Below the pieces are notes generated by a model. The model was not told where the DNA came from and did not search any database. It saw only the letters and a program-made list of their open reading frames with translations. Below are positions 48,300-58,107 of a stretch of DNA of 64,000 nucleotides, piece by piece (the first letter of the stretch is position 1; every line of letters starts with the position of its first letter). Where the stretch lies: the NCBI GenBank assembly GCA_963729625.1, contig CAVSOU010000014.1:96001-160000 (forward strand). The letters are read 5' to 3'. The DNA is from an uncultured bacterium (GTDB taxonomy: Bacteria; Chloroflexota; UBA5177; JANWHV01). The position numbers and the translations under genes were made by a program.

Positions 48300-49889
48300 A
48301 TGGGTGATGCACGTGTCCAACAAATCATTGGCGTTGTGCGCAAGGGCGAGAGCGGGCAACTGGTAGACCTCGCGCAGGTCGCGGTTCGCCTGCATCCGGT
48401 TGACGACGTGGCAGTAGCGATCGTGGATCTTGCGTCCGGCACGAGCGTCAACGGCCCGTTTGGAACATTTTCACTTGCCAGGCTGGTTCCGCGGGGCCAC
48501 AAGCTTGCGTTGCGCCCACTGGCGTCCGGCGAGCCGGTGCGACGCTATGGCCAGACGATTGGCTTCGCCTCGATCGCTGTTGCCGCAGGCGACCACGTGC
48601 ACACGCACAACCTGGCGGTACAGGGCTTCAACCGCGATTCGGCGTTCGGCGTGGACGTTCGGCCGGTTTCCTTCGTGCCCGCCACAGAGCGCCGCACGTT
48701 TGAGGGATTTCGGCGGGCCGACGGGCGTGTGGGGACGCGCAACTACATTGCCGTAATCTCCACCGTGAATTGCAGTGCGACCGCGTGCAAGAGAATTGTC
48801 GAACGATGTCGTGCGGGGGTAGGCGAGCGTTTTCCGCATGTGGACGGCATTATTGCGCTGACTCATCAGGGTGGGTGCGGCGCGCGGTATGGTGGCCCCG
48901 AGCTCGAGCAGCTGCAGCGTACTCTAGCGGGCTTCGCGCGGCATCCTAACGTGGGCGGGTTCATCGTCGTTGGACTTGGGTGCGAGGTCAATCAGATAGA
49001 GGACCTCATGGCTCACCATCGCTTTGGCGAGAATACGCCCAGCACGCTGGTAATTCAGGACCAGGGTGGTCTTGCGGAAACAGTCGGTGCCGGAGTCGAC
49101 GCGGTTGACGCGCTGCTTCCTATCGTGGACTCTTGCAGGCGAACCACACAATCCGCGGAGAACCTGATGGTGGCGTTGCAGTGCGGCGGCAGCGACGCAT
49201 GGTCGGGTGTGACCGCAAACCCTGCTCTGGGATTCGCGGCGGACCAACTCGTCCGGCAGGGAGGCACGGTCGTGTTGGCCGAGACGACAGAGGTCTACGG
49301 TGCCGAGCACCTGTTAACGCGCCGGGCGCGAAGTCGGGAGGTCGGCGACGCGCTGCTGGAGCGGATACGCTGGTGGGAGAAACACACGGCGGCCCACGGA
49401 TGCGAAATCAACAATAATCCGAGTCCCGGCAACAAGGCGGGTGGGCTGACCACGATCTACGAGAAGTCGCTGGGCGCCATTGCCAAGAGCGGCACGACTC
49501 CGCTGAACGCGGTCTACAGGTATGCGGAACAGGTTAGGGAAACGGGCTTCGTGCACATGGACTCGCCAGGCTATGACCCCGTTTCGGTCACCGGCCAGGT
49601 GGCAAGCGGATGCAACGTGGTCGTATTCACCACCGGCCGCGGATCAGTGTTCGGGTTCAAGCCGGCCCCTTCAATCAAGGTAGCGACTACCACCGACCTG
49701 TATAGCCGTATGCCCGGCGATATGGATGTGAACGCAGGACGCATCCTGGAAGGCGCGTCAGTAGACGATGTCGGCAGCGACATCTTTGAGCGCATTCTTG
49801 CCGTGGCCTCCGGAGAGAAGAGCAAGAGCGAGGCCCAAGGCGTGGGAGACGAGGAGTTCTGCCCCTGGATCATAGGCGCCACGCTCTAG
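48300..49889 (+). CDS. UxaA/GarD family dehydratase with N-terminal SAF domain
   Basis: LHP.DDVAVA, GHKLA, GDHVHTHN, DGRVGTRN, GLGCE, CGGSD.WSG.TANP, NPSPGNKAGG, FTTGRGS. Confidence 0.92.
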   Translation: MGDARVQQIIGVVRKGESGQLVDLAQVAVRLHPVDDVAVAIVDLASGTSVNGPFGTFSLARLVPRGHKLALRPLASGEPVRRYGQTIGFASIAVAAGDHVHTHNLAVQGFNRDSAFGVDVRPVSFVPATERRTFEGFRRADGRVGTRNYIAVISTVNCSATACKRIVERCRAGVGERFPHVDGIIALTHQGGCGARYGGPELEQLQRTLAGFARHPNVGGFIVVGLGCEVNQIEDLMAHHRFGENTPSTLVIQDQGGLAETVGAGVDAVDALLPIVDSCRRTTQSAENLMVALQCGGSDAWSGVTANPALGFAADQLVRQGGTVVLAETTEVYGAEHLLTRRARSREVGDALLERIRWWEKHTAAHGCEINNNPSPGNKAGGLTTIYEKSLGAIAKSGTTPLNAVYRYAEQVRETGFVHMDSPGYDPVSVTGQVASGCNVVVFTTGRGSVFGFKPAPSIKVATTTDLYSRMPGDMDVNAGRILEGASVDDVGSDIFERILAVASGEKSKSEAQGVGDEEFCPWIIGATL

Positions 49890-49940
49890 TATTGCATTGA
49901 TGCAGCTTGACTATCGCCACGGCGCGTGAAGGGGTATCGC

Positions 49941-50732
49941 TCAAGCGTCCAGCGTGCTGAGTACCTCGTAGCCGGTTTCGGTAATCGCCACCATGTGCTC
50001 GAACTGCGCGGATCGCCTCTGGTCCTTCGTGCGGACGGTCCAGCCGTCCGCGAGGGTGACGGTGTCCGGCGTACCCTCGTTGATCATCGGCTCGATTGTG
50101 AACACCATGCCGGATTTCAGCACGAGACCGGTTCCATGGGCGCCGAAGTGCGCTACGCTAGGCTCCTCATGCAGCAGATGGCCCACGCCGTGGCCCACAT
50201 AGTCACGCACGACAGAGTACCCGCGAGACTCGGCACAGCGCTGAATAGCGAACCCAATGTCGCCGAGGTGCCGGCCTGGACCGCACGCCGCAATGCCGAG
50301 ATCCAGACACTCGCTCGCGGTCTCCAACAGACGTCGCGCACGCGTGTCGACGCGCCCGACCGCATATGTGACGCAGGCATCGCCCACCCAACCATCCAGC
50401 AGGACGCCGATATCGATCCCAACAATGTCACCGTCGCGCAGGCGCGCGTCCGCGGTGGGGATACCGTGGCAGATTACCTCGTTCACTGCTACACAGATAG
50501 AAGCGGGAAAAGGGATGCGCTGGCGAGCCTTTCCGTGTCCAGGAGGCGAATAGCCCTTGTAGACGGGCAACGCGCCCCTGTCCCGAATGAATTCCTCCGC
50601 GATGCGATCCAGGTCCTGCGTTGAGACGCCCGGCACGACGAGTGGCTGCAACATCTGGTAGGTTTGCGCGACGAGCCGGCCGGCTCTACGCAGGCCATCG
50701 ATCTGTCGCTCTGATTTCAAGATGATGCCCAT
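49941..50732 (-). CDS. map: Type I methionine aminopeptidase
   Basis: FPASIC..VNEVICHGIP, GDIV.IDIG..DG..GD, GHGVG..LHEEP, FTIEPM, SAQFEH. Confidence 0.97.
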   Translation of the reverse strand: MGIILKSERQIDGLRRAGRLVAQTYQMLQPLVVPGVSTQDLDRIAEEFIRDRGALPVYKGYSPPGHGKARQRIPFPASICVAVNEVICHGIPTADARLRDGDIVGIDIGVLLDGWVGDACVTYAVGRVDTRARRLLETASECLDLGIAACGPGRHLGDIGFAIQRCAESRGYSVVRDYVGHGVGHLLHEEPSVAHFGAHGTGLVLKSGMVFTIEPMINEGTPDTVTLADGWTVRTKDQRRSAQFEHMVAITETGYEVLSTLDA

Positions 50733-50962
50733 CGTGCTGCCGATCTACCGTAATTCGAGCTAGAACTGCTCTCGCGGACGTACGTGCGGTCTCGCGCGAG
50801 GTAACGACGTCTTGAATCCTGGGTTCCGGGCTATTCCCCGGTGTGTCACCCTTCAGTTCCGGAGGGCCACGGCGTCACCCCATTGTACCGTGGGGACGCC
50901 AGAGCGGAATGCAGGCGCCGCCAGAAAGCGGGCCTGCCGTTGTGTGCTACGATCACCGTGAT

Positions 50963-51664
50963 ATGGCTGACATGGTTGCCGATACGCCGTCGAGCGTCGC
51001 CGCTCCGTGCGAACTGGTTGTCGACGAGTTGGGCTGTCTCGATTACGAGGTTGCTCTCGAGCTGCAGCGCAAGCTCCATGCCGCGCGGGTAGCTGGAGAG
51101 CGCGTGGACACGTTGCTTCTTCTTCAGCACCCCCATGTCTACACGCTGGGACGCAACTCGGATCCTAGCCATATTCTCGTTGGCGAGGCCTATCTCAGGG
51201 CCCACGGGGCGAGCATTGCGCGAAACGAGCGAGGCGGTGAGGTAACGTACCACGGGCCCGGCCAACTGGTGGCCTATCCGATCATCCTGCTCCGACAGGG
51301 CGAGCGCAGCATCGCCCAATTGGTGGAACGCTTGGAGAAGACGACTATCGGGACTCTCGCTGAGTTTGGACTTCGTGGCGTCCTCGTCGCCGGCCAACCC
51401 GGAGTGTGGGTGGGCGACAGGAAGATCGCCAGCATCGGCATGGCAGTGCGTCGCTGGGTCGTGATGCACGGTATGGCGCTGAACGTCGATCCTGATCTCG
51501 CCTACTTCTCGTTCATCAACCCGTGCGGCCACGCGGGCCTGCAGGTCACGAGCATGACGCGAGAGCTCGGTCACAGTGTGCCACTCGATCGGGTATCTGA
51601 AGCTTTTGCCCGGCACTTCGTCTCGATCTTCGAGCGCGTGAGGGTGGCCGGAGCTCACCCGTGA
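50963..51664 (+). CDS. lipB: Lipoyl(octanoyl) transferase
   Basis: LLQHPHVYTLGR, RGGEVTYHGPGQLVAYP, RKIASIG, HG.ALNV, INPCG. Confidence 0.95.
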   Translation: MADMVADTPSSVAAPCELVVDELGCLDYEVALELQRKLHAARVAGERVDTLLLLQHPHVYTLGRNSDPSHILVGEAYLRAHGASIARNERGGEVTYHGPGQLVAYPIILLRQGERSIAQLVERLEKTTIGTLAEFGLRGVLVAGQPGVWVGDRKIASIGMAVRRWVVMHGMALNVDPDLAYFSFINPCGHAGLQVTSMTRELGHSVPLDRVSEAFARHFVSIFERVRVAGAHP

Positions 51665-51679
51665 ACGGTCGAGTCTTCC

Positions 51680-52525
51680 ATGCCGGCGATTGAGCGACCG
51701 GTCGGCGACGTCGTCGTCGGGGTCGTCGGAGGCGCCGGCCACATGGGTGGCTGGCTCAGGAAGTTCTGGGAAGAGCGAGGTGCTCAAGTGATCTGGAGCG
51801 ACCGCGAGACGTGCCTTTCCAGTCAGGCGGTAGTTGAGTCTGCGGACATTACCTTCGTCGCCGTTCCTCTCGGTGAGACGCCGGCAGTGTTGCGAGAGCT
51901 GGCGCCGCGTTCAGCCGAGGGGCGGTGCCTGGTGAGCATCGCGTCCCTTATGGAGCCCTCGGCACATGAGCTGATTGCCGCGCGCGGCGACTCGTTGTGC
52001 GCCCATCCAGTGTTCGGACCGACCGTACGCGCCACCGAAAACCTTCGTGTGGTGATTTCCCCGGTGCGTGGCGACTCCTGGCGGCGATGGCTAGCCAGGA
52101 CCCTGCGGGTCAGCGGCATGCGCGTCCGGGAAAGCAGCCCGGTGGAGCACGATGCGTCTATGGCCATCGTGCAGGCGTTGCTGCACAGTAGCTTCGTGGC
52201 CCTCTGCGCGGTTATGTCGGCGTCCGGATTCCCGCCCAAGGAAGCAATCGATTGGGCAAGTCCGACCATGAAGCTGCAGCTTGGCCTGGCGGCGCGGATC
52301 CTGAGCCAGGACGCCGAATTGTACGCCGACCTGGTCGTGCTGAACGAGCATGCTCCCGCACAGCTGGACGGGCTCGCAGCGCAGTTGCACCGCCTCGCCG
52401 ACATTGCGCGAAGCGGCGATCGGTCCGCCTTCATCGACTCGTTCCAGGCGGCGCGCGCCAGCTTCGGCGACTTGCTCGGCGATCTCGCGGATCGCGCGGA
52501 GACTGCACTTGAGCACCTTCCATAG
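51680..52525 (+). CDS. tyrA: Prephenate dehydrogenase (TyrA family)
   Basis: GVVGGAGHMG Rossmann motif, AHPVFGP, EHD..MA.VQAL.H, SQD.ELY.D. Confidence 0.85.
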   Translation: MPAIERPVGDVVVGVVGGAGHMGGWLRKFWEERGAQVIWSDRETCLSSQAVVESADITFVAVPLGETPAVLRELAPRSAEGRCLVSIASLMEPSAHELIAARGDSLCAHPVFGPTVRATENLRVVISPVRGDSWRRWLARTLRVSGMRVRESSPVEHDASMAIVQALLHSSFVALCAVMSASGFPPKEAIDWASPTMKLQLGLAARILSQDAELYADLVVLNEHAPAQLDGLAAQLHRLADIARSGDRSAFIDSFQAARASFGDLLGDLADRAETALEHLP

Positions 52526-52816
52526 TTACACAGCAGCCGGACTTGGACGATGTAGCGAAACTCCATCGCGCTATGGAGTCTCACACGCTAGGTCCGGCAT
52601 TTCGACGCAAAGCGCGGGTCGAACAGCCGGCTCGACCGGCGCGGGGCAAGGTTGCAGGACGGCGTGCGGCCCCATCGCGGCTGGCCGCCGAGTCGGGATG
52701 AATCCCGCCGCCTGGCGATGTCGAGACACTCCGCGGGCTGAAGCATCGGGGCCTCGCAGCGCTCGCCGCCAAAAACGGCAGCCTGGGGCGCCCGCGCGAA
52801 GGGTGGTCGCGCTTTC

Positions 52817-54526
52817 GTGACTCCGCAGTTTCAGGCTGGGATGGCACCACGACCGGCCGGCACGGATAGTGTCCTGCTGGACGTGGCGGGCCCTCCCGAT
52901 GATCGTCCACGCGGCGGTCTCGCGCCGCGCCAACCAGTCGTTCAGTCGCCGCGTCAGGACATGCTCTGGGCGGCTGTTGCGGCGGCCCTCATCTTGCTGG
53001 GCCTTGCCGTGCGCGTGGTCCTGCTCCAGAGATATTACGTTGTACCGGATGCCGACCAGTCTGTTCTTGGCCTTATGGCTCGGCACATTCTGCAGGGAGA
53101 AAGGCCGGTGTTCTACTGGGGCCAGAGCTATACCGGGAGTGGCGAGGCATATCTGACCGCCGCGCTCTTCCGCTTGCTCGGGCAATCCAACCTTCTTCTA
53201 CACGTTGTTCCGCTGGCCGCGTCGACCCTGTTCACCGCGTTGACGGCAGCACTCGCGTGGCGGCTCTACGGCCCCGGCATAGCCGGGCTTACCTGTGCCT
53301 TCCTTGGTGTCGGGCCGATGCTGCTCGTGGGTTGGAGCCTTTGGGCGGGGTCGGGGTACCTGGAATCGATGGCGGCCGGCGTCGCTGCGCTATTGCTTGT
53401 CCTGCAACCAGCGGGTAAGCGTCTGGGCGCCGGAAGCCTTGTGAGTGCGTTCTTCCTTCTGGGCCTAGCCGTCTGGATTCAGCCTACAGGTGTGTATTAC
53501 CTCGTCTCCGTCGCCGCGGCCCTGACGGGACGCATCGCACGCGCGACACACGAATCAGAGACCTGGGCAGCACGGATTGCGATTGGCGTCTTCGTGGGAT
53601 TGGCATTCTGTGCCGGAGCGTCTCCACTCATCGTCTATAACCTGCAGCACGAGTGGGCGACGTTCGCGTTCTTATCGAGCCACTCCACGGACGTGGCGGC
53701 GTTGACTGTGGTCGCGCGAACCGTCTTGTGGGCCGGTCCGGTGCTTACGGGATTGTTGCCACCGACTACCGACCGATCGTATTTCTTGCACTTCATCCTC
53801 GACCATCTGCCACTCTACGGCGTGTCCCTTGCCATCGTTCTCCTCCTCCTATTCCGCGTCCTCAGCCTGTGGCGGCTCGCGCTACGCCGTGTCCGCGTCG
53901 CGGCGCCGGGAGACTTGGCTCTGGTCGCGCTGACCATTGCCGTACTTGGTGGGTACCTTGGCACCGGTTGGGGCGGGGAGCAGTGGTCGGGATCTCAACC
54001 CAGATACCTGCTGCCGCTCTATTCTGCCGTGCCACTGATCATCCGGCTTTGTATGCCACTTACGCGGAAACCGTGGCATTGGGCGGTCGCGTGGATTGCC
54101 GTGGTCGGGATTGCGGGCGCCGGAATCGCGGTGAACACGACGAGCTTTGCGCGAAGCGACGTTGCTCCCCTCGGCGTGATGCTCGAAGATAACAGAATAC
54201 GCGCAGTATATGGCGATTACTGGCTCGTCTACCCGCTTACGCTTTCCAGCTCGGAACAAGTGGTCGGCGTCGCCGTGAACGACAACCTCAGCAAGGGCCT
54301 GTTGAGCAACCGATACAGCCCGTACCTGCGTGCCGCGGCCAGCACAACCGACTTTGCCTGGATCGCGAGCCGCGCCAGCGCACGTGAAGCTAGCATTCTC
54401 CGATGCCTCACGCGTCTGCGAAGTCGCTACACGGTGCTACGGTGGCGGGACCAGGTGATCTACGTCCGCCCAACCGGCCGCGCGTTTCCCTGGTGGAATG
54501 GAGGCCGCTGCTCAACGACCTCTTAG
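52817..54526 (+). CDS. Membrane glycosyltransferase (GT-C-like)
   Basis: DADQSVLGLMARHILQG.RPVFYWGQSY.G..EAYL, RYLLPLY, YGDYW..YPL. Multiple TM helices. Start uncertain. Confidence 0.75.
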   Translation: MTPQFQAGMAPRPAGTDSVLLDVAGPPDDRPRGGLAPRQPVVQSPRQDMLWAAVAAALILLGLAVRVVLLQRYYVVPDADQSVLGLMARHILQGERPVFYWGQSYTGSGEAYLTAALFRLLGQSNLLLHVVPLAASTLFTALTAALAWRLYGPGIAGLTCAFLGVGPMLLVGWSLWAGSGYLESMAAGVAALLLVLQPAGKRLGAGSLVSAFFLLGLAVWIQPTGVYYLVSVAAALTGRIARATHESETWAARIAIGVFVGLAFCAGASPLIVYNLQHEWATFAFLSSHSTDVAALTVVARTVLWAGPVLTGLLPPTTDRSYFLHFILDHLPLYGVSLAIVLLLLFRVLSLWRLALRRVRVAAPGDLALVALTIAVLGGYLGTGWGGEQWSGSQPRYLLPLYSAVPLIIRLCMPLTRKPWHWAVAWIAVVGIAGAGIAVNTTSFARSDVAPLGVMLEDNRIRAVYGDYWLVYPLTLSSSEQVVGVAVNDNLSKGLLSNRYSPYLRAAASTTDFAWIASRASAREASILRCLTRLRSRYTVLRWRDQVIYVRPTGRAFPWWNGGRCSTTS

Positions 54527-54730
54527 GGCGGACCAAACTTGCGGGGCGAAATCGAAGTGCCGACCACTTGTCGTCGACCGCGACCCGACTGACCGGTCTC
54601 CAATCGGTCGGTTCCAATGCCTGCCAGCAAGCCTCGCGGCTCAGGTCGGACGACCCAGGAGCCTTTACCAAGCAGAGCAATACTGCTGTAAGTGGCCAAG
54701 AGCGATCACCAGTGCGACAGCTGACTTCCA

Positions 54731-54776
54731 AACTTCTGTTCACTATGTGACAATCTCAACCGATTCAGTGCATACT
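54731..54776 (+). promoter_or_regulatory. Putative promoter/operator for the amino-sugar operon
   Basis: GTGACA (54747-54752), 18 nt, CATACT (54771-54776). The AT-rich imperfect palindrome TGTTCACTATGTGACA overlaps the -35 box. Confidence 0.35.
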
Positions 54777-54914
54777 AGGAAGCGGCTGGGACCGGTGCGG
54801 ACCTGTGCTCGGTTTGACGGCTCTGGGTGAGTTGGTGCGTGATGCCCGATTCTTCGCGCGACGCACGGCTGCACTCACTTGCTACATGGCGCTGATCGGA
54901 GAAGGTGGCTGGGC

Positions 54915-55922
54915 TTGGAACGTGCGCGACTCTTTCTTGGTGCTGACGGCGGCTCTTCCGGCACCCGCGTTCTCATAGTCGATTGGTCAGGGAAGGCGCT
55001 GGGTCTTGGCTTCGGCGGCAAGGCAAATCATGCATCGATCGGCTATGCAACGGCCGTGGCCAACGTGATGAGCGCCACGGGACAGGCGCTGAGTGCGGCT
55101 GGGATTGCCCTTCGCGATATCGAGCGCGCGCATTTCGCGCTTGCCGGTGATGACGTACAGGACGACGATGCAGGATTGACCTCGCATCTTGTCCAAGCCC
55201 TGCACGGCGTCCCTTTTGAACTCTCCAATGACGTCTGGGCGGGGCTTCGAGCGGGCTCGATCGACGGCACGGGTATCGCCGTCAATTGCGGCAGCGGAGC
55301 CGGCGGCGTAGGCAGAAACGCAGCTGGCACGCGCGCAATGATCCCGGATCTCGGCTACGTATTCGGAGACTCGGGGGGTGGAGAGCAGATCGCGAACGAC
55401 GCTGTTCGTGCCGTGATCCGCGCTTGGGATGGCCGAGGACGTCCCACTGCGCTGACCGAGGCTGTACTGGAGCAGACGGAGCAGCCATCGACCGAGGCCC
55501 TGTACCTCGCCCTCTATCGGGGTGTGGTCGACCGGCCGTTAATCCGGAAGTGTACTCGTCTCGTGTTCAAAATGGCGGCGAAAGGCGACGCCGTTGCAAT
55601 CGAGATCTTGCGACGAATTGGCGACGAGTTCGGCGTGACGGCTTCGGCTATCGCAAGAAAGCTGGGCATGGAGCATCAATCGTTTGACTTCGTCCTGGCT
55701 GGTGGCGCCATACGTACCCTGAGATCGCCGTTGATTGATGCCGCGGCAGGACGGCTGGGTTCGGTTGCTCCAGGTTGCAGGCCAACGCTGCCGAAACTTA
55801 TGCCGGTGGGAGGCGCTGCCCTGCTCGCGCTCGAACGCGCCGGAGTCAGTGTCACCGCTAGCCATTTCGACTATCTCGCGAGCCAGGGCCACGGCTGGCA
55901 TCCTGAGGAAACGTTCAACTAG
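54915..55922 (+). CDS. BadF/BadG/BcrA/BcrD family sugar kinase (GlcNAc-kinase-like)
   Basis: FLGADGGSSGT, LAG.D..DD, NDV.AGLRAG, NCGSG, GD.GGG, A..GD.VA, LAGG. Confidence 0.88.
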   Translation: MERARLFLGADGGSSGTRVLIVDWSGKALGLGFGGKANHASIGYATAVANVMSATGQALSAAGIALRDIERAHFALAGDDVQDDDAGLTSHLVQALHGVPFELSNDVWAGLRAGSIDGTGIAVNCGSGAGGVGRNAAGTRAMIPDLGYVFGDSGGGEQIANDAVRAVIRAWDGRGRPTALTEAVLEQTEQPSTEALYLALYRGVVDRPLIRKCTRLVFKMAAKGDAVAIEILRRIGDEFGVTASAIARKLGMEHQSFDFVLAGGAIRTLRSPLIDAAAGRLGSVAPGCRPTLPKLMPVGGAALLALERAGVSVTASHFDYLASQGHGWHPEETFN

Positions 55923-55944
55923 CACAAACGCGGGGGTGGCACAG

Positions 55945-57237
55945 ATGAAGATTTGCGTCATAGGAGCCGGCAGTACGTACACGCCCGAGTTGGTCGAGGG
56001 ACTGCTGTTGCGGCGAGGCGTCATTCCCACGACCGAGCTCGCGCTCATGGATATCGATGACACGAAGCTCAAGATCGTGGGAGGACTGGCAACCCGCATG
56101 CTCGAGCGGGAAGGTAACCCGTTCAAGGTTACCCTCACCACCGACCGGCTCACGGCTATTCGAGGGGCAAGCTTCGTACTGACGCAGATTCGGGTCGGCT
56201 GCCTGCAGGCACGCGAGAAAGATGAGCTGATTCCTCGCGGCTTGGGCTATGTGGGTCAGGAAACGACTGGAGCCGGCGGCTTCTTCAAGGCGCTTCGCAC
56301 TATTCCCGTGATCCTCTCAATCGCTCGCGAGATGGAGGAACATGCCCCGGGGGCATTCCTGATTAACTTCACGAATCCGGCTGGGATCGTCACCGAGGCT
56401 GTGCTCGCGCATACCAATGTGCCGGTCATAGGACTGTGCAACGGCCCCTTCGGTACAGTCAAACGCATCTCGGAAGTGCTCGGCGTTCCGGAGAGCGAGC
56501 TCAGCATGCGGTACTTTGGGCTGAATCACCTGAGCTTCGCCGCCGACATCTGTCACCTTGGAACGAGCGTCCAGGCTGCGGTCGTGGAGGCCTTCGCCAC
56601 CGGTGCGGACGACGCCGACGCGGCCATTCTGCGCGGTCTCGGCCTCATTCCCTCGGCGTACTTGCAGTATTTCTACCAGAAGCCAGAGAAGGTCGCGGAG
56701 CAGCAGGCAGAAAGCAAGAGTCGGGCTCAGCAGGTTATGGACATCGAGCGACAACTGCTAACTCTGTACCAGGATCCGGGTTTGGCGGAGAAGCCCAAGG
56801 TGTTGGAGCTGCGCGGCGGCGCGTGGTACAGCACCGTTGCCACAAAGCTCATTGAGTCGGTCGTTTCGAATCGAGGCGACGTGCACATCGTGAACACGCG
56901 CAATTGCGGCGCCATCGCCGACCTACCGTTTGACTGCGCGGTGGAAGTTGCAGCCTCGGTCGATCGGCGCGGGCCTACGGCGCTGGTTCAGGGAGCGTTG
57001 CCGCTCAAGGTGCGAGGGTTAGTCCAGCAAGTCAAGGCGTATGAACAGTTGGCCGTTCAAGCCGCCGTCACTGGCGACCGCGAGACGGCAATCTGGGCGC
57101 TCACCAATAATCCGCTAGTGGGTTCATATACAGCCGCGACGCTCCTGGTGGATGCACTACTGCAGGCGCATCGAGAATACCTGCCGGCCTTCTTTAGCCA
57201 TGCCCAAAGTGCCGACATGGAGCCACCGTGGAAGTAA
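55945..57237 (+). CDS. Family 4 glycoside hydrolase (6-phospho-beta-glucosidase-like)
   Basis: KICVIGAGSTYTPEL, QIRVG..AR..DE.IP, GQETTGAGG, INFTNP, IGLCN, GLNHL, RGGAWYS. Confidence 0.93.
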   Translation: MKICVIGAGSTYTPELVEGLLLRRGVIPTTELALMDIDDTKLKIVGGLATRMLEREGNPFKVTLTTDRLTAIRGASFVLTQIRVGCLQAREKDELIPRGLGYVGQETTGAGGFFKALRTIPVILSIAREMEEHAPGAFLINFTNPAGIVTEAVLAHTNVPVIGLCNGPFGTVKRISEVLGVPESELSMRYFGLNHLSFAADICHLGTSVQAAVVEAFATGADDADAAILRGLGLIPSAYLQYFYQKPEKVAEQQAESKSRAQQVMDIERQLLTLYQDPGLAEKPKVLELRGGAWYSTVATKLIESVVSNRGDVHIVNTRNCGAIADLPFDCAVEVAASVDRRGPTALVQGALPLKVRGLVQQVKAYEQLAVQAAVTGDRETAIWALTNNPLVGSYTAATLLVDALLQAHREYLPAFFSHAQSADMEPPWK

Positions 57238-58037
57238 TCATCATTCCCGACAGATTCAAGGCCGCACTTCTGACTGCCCGCATCATCGCGAAGGAGCTTG
57301 CAGCGAATCCACAGCTCGTGCTTGGCCTTGCCACGGGACGCACCATGGAAAGGGTATACCAAAACCTGGTTGACATCCATCGGCTCGAGGGCTTGAATTT
57401 CTCGCAGTGCCGTACGTTCAATCTCGACGAATACGTTGGGATTCCGGCAGAGCACAGTGGCTCGTATCGCCACTACATGAACGAACACCTTTTCAGCAGG
57501 GTGAACATTGATCTTGCGAACACTCATCTTCCGAACGGAATGGCAGCGGACCTCAAAGAGGAATGCCGTCACTACGAGGCGCTGATGGCAGAGGCAGGCG
57601 GTATAGACCTGCAGCTTCTGGGGATGGGACGCGATGGCCACATCGGATTCAACGAGCCACTGTCTGCCCTCCGGTCGCGCACGAGGGAGAAGGCGCTCAC
57701 ACCGATCACATTGCGACAGAACGCTGCGATGTTCGGGGGACAGGTCAACGTGCCTCGCCGAGCCATCACGATGGGCGTCGGCACCATTTTGGATTCTCGA
57801 CGCTGCATCCTCCTTGTGACTGGCGATTCCAAGGCAGGGATAGTGGCCAAGGCGCTGGAAGGTCCGATTTCTTCGATGGTTTCCGCATCGGCGCTGCAGT
57901 TGCATCCCAATTGCCAGATTGTGGTCGACGAGGAAGCAGCGTTGGAGCTGCAGGGTCGCGACTACTACCACTGGGTCTTTGCCAACGAGCCGGAGTGGGT
58001 TGAATTCCAGAACCTGGAAGCTCTTGAGCCACACTAA
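57228..58037 (+). CDS. nagB: Glucosamine-6-phosphate deaminase
   Basis: VLGLATG.T, TFNLDEYVG, GGIDLQLLG.G.DGHIGFNEP, AITMGVGTI, SALQLH. Confidence 0.93.
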   Translation: MEVIIIPDRFKAALLTARIIAKELAANPQLVLGLATGRTMERVYQNLVDIHRLEGLNFSQCRTFNLDEYVGIPAEHSGSYRHYMNEHLFSRVNIDLANTHLPNGMAADLKEECRHYEALMAEAGGIDLQLLGMGRDGHIGFNEPLSALRSRTREKALTPITLRQNAAMFGGQVNVPRRAITMGVGTILDSRRCILLVTGDSKAGIVAKALEGPISSMVSASALQLHPNCQIVVDEEAALELQGRDYYHWVFANEPEWVEFQNLEALEPH

Positions 58038-58107
58038 GCCCCTACGCGCCGTTAGCTTCACGTAGTTCCAGATTGCACCGGGCAGAACGCTTTGAGGAGG
58101 ACAGCAG

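Noticed and set aside
52550-52585. Hammerhead ribozyme (CGAAA-stem-GTC is present)
   Set aside because: The essential CTGANGA core segment and stem II are absent on either side.
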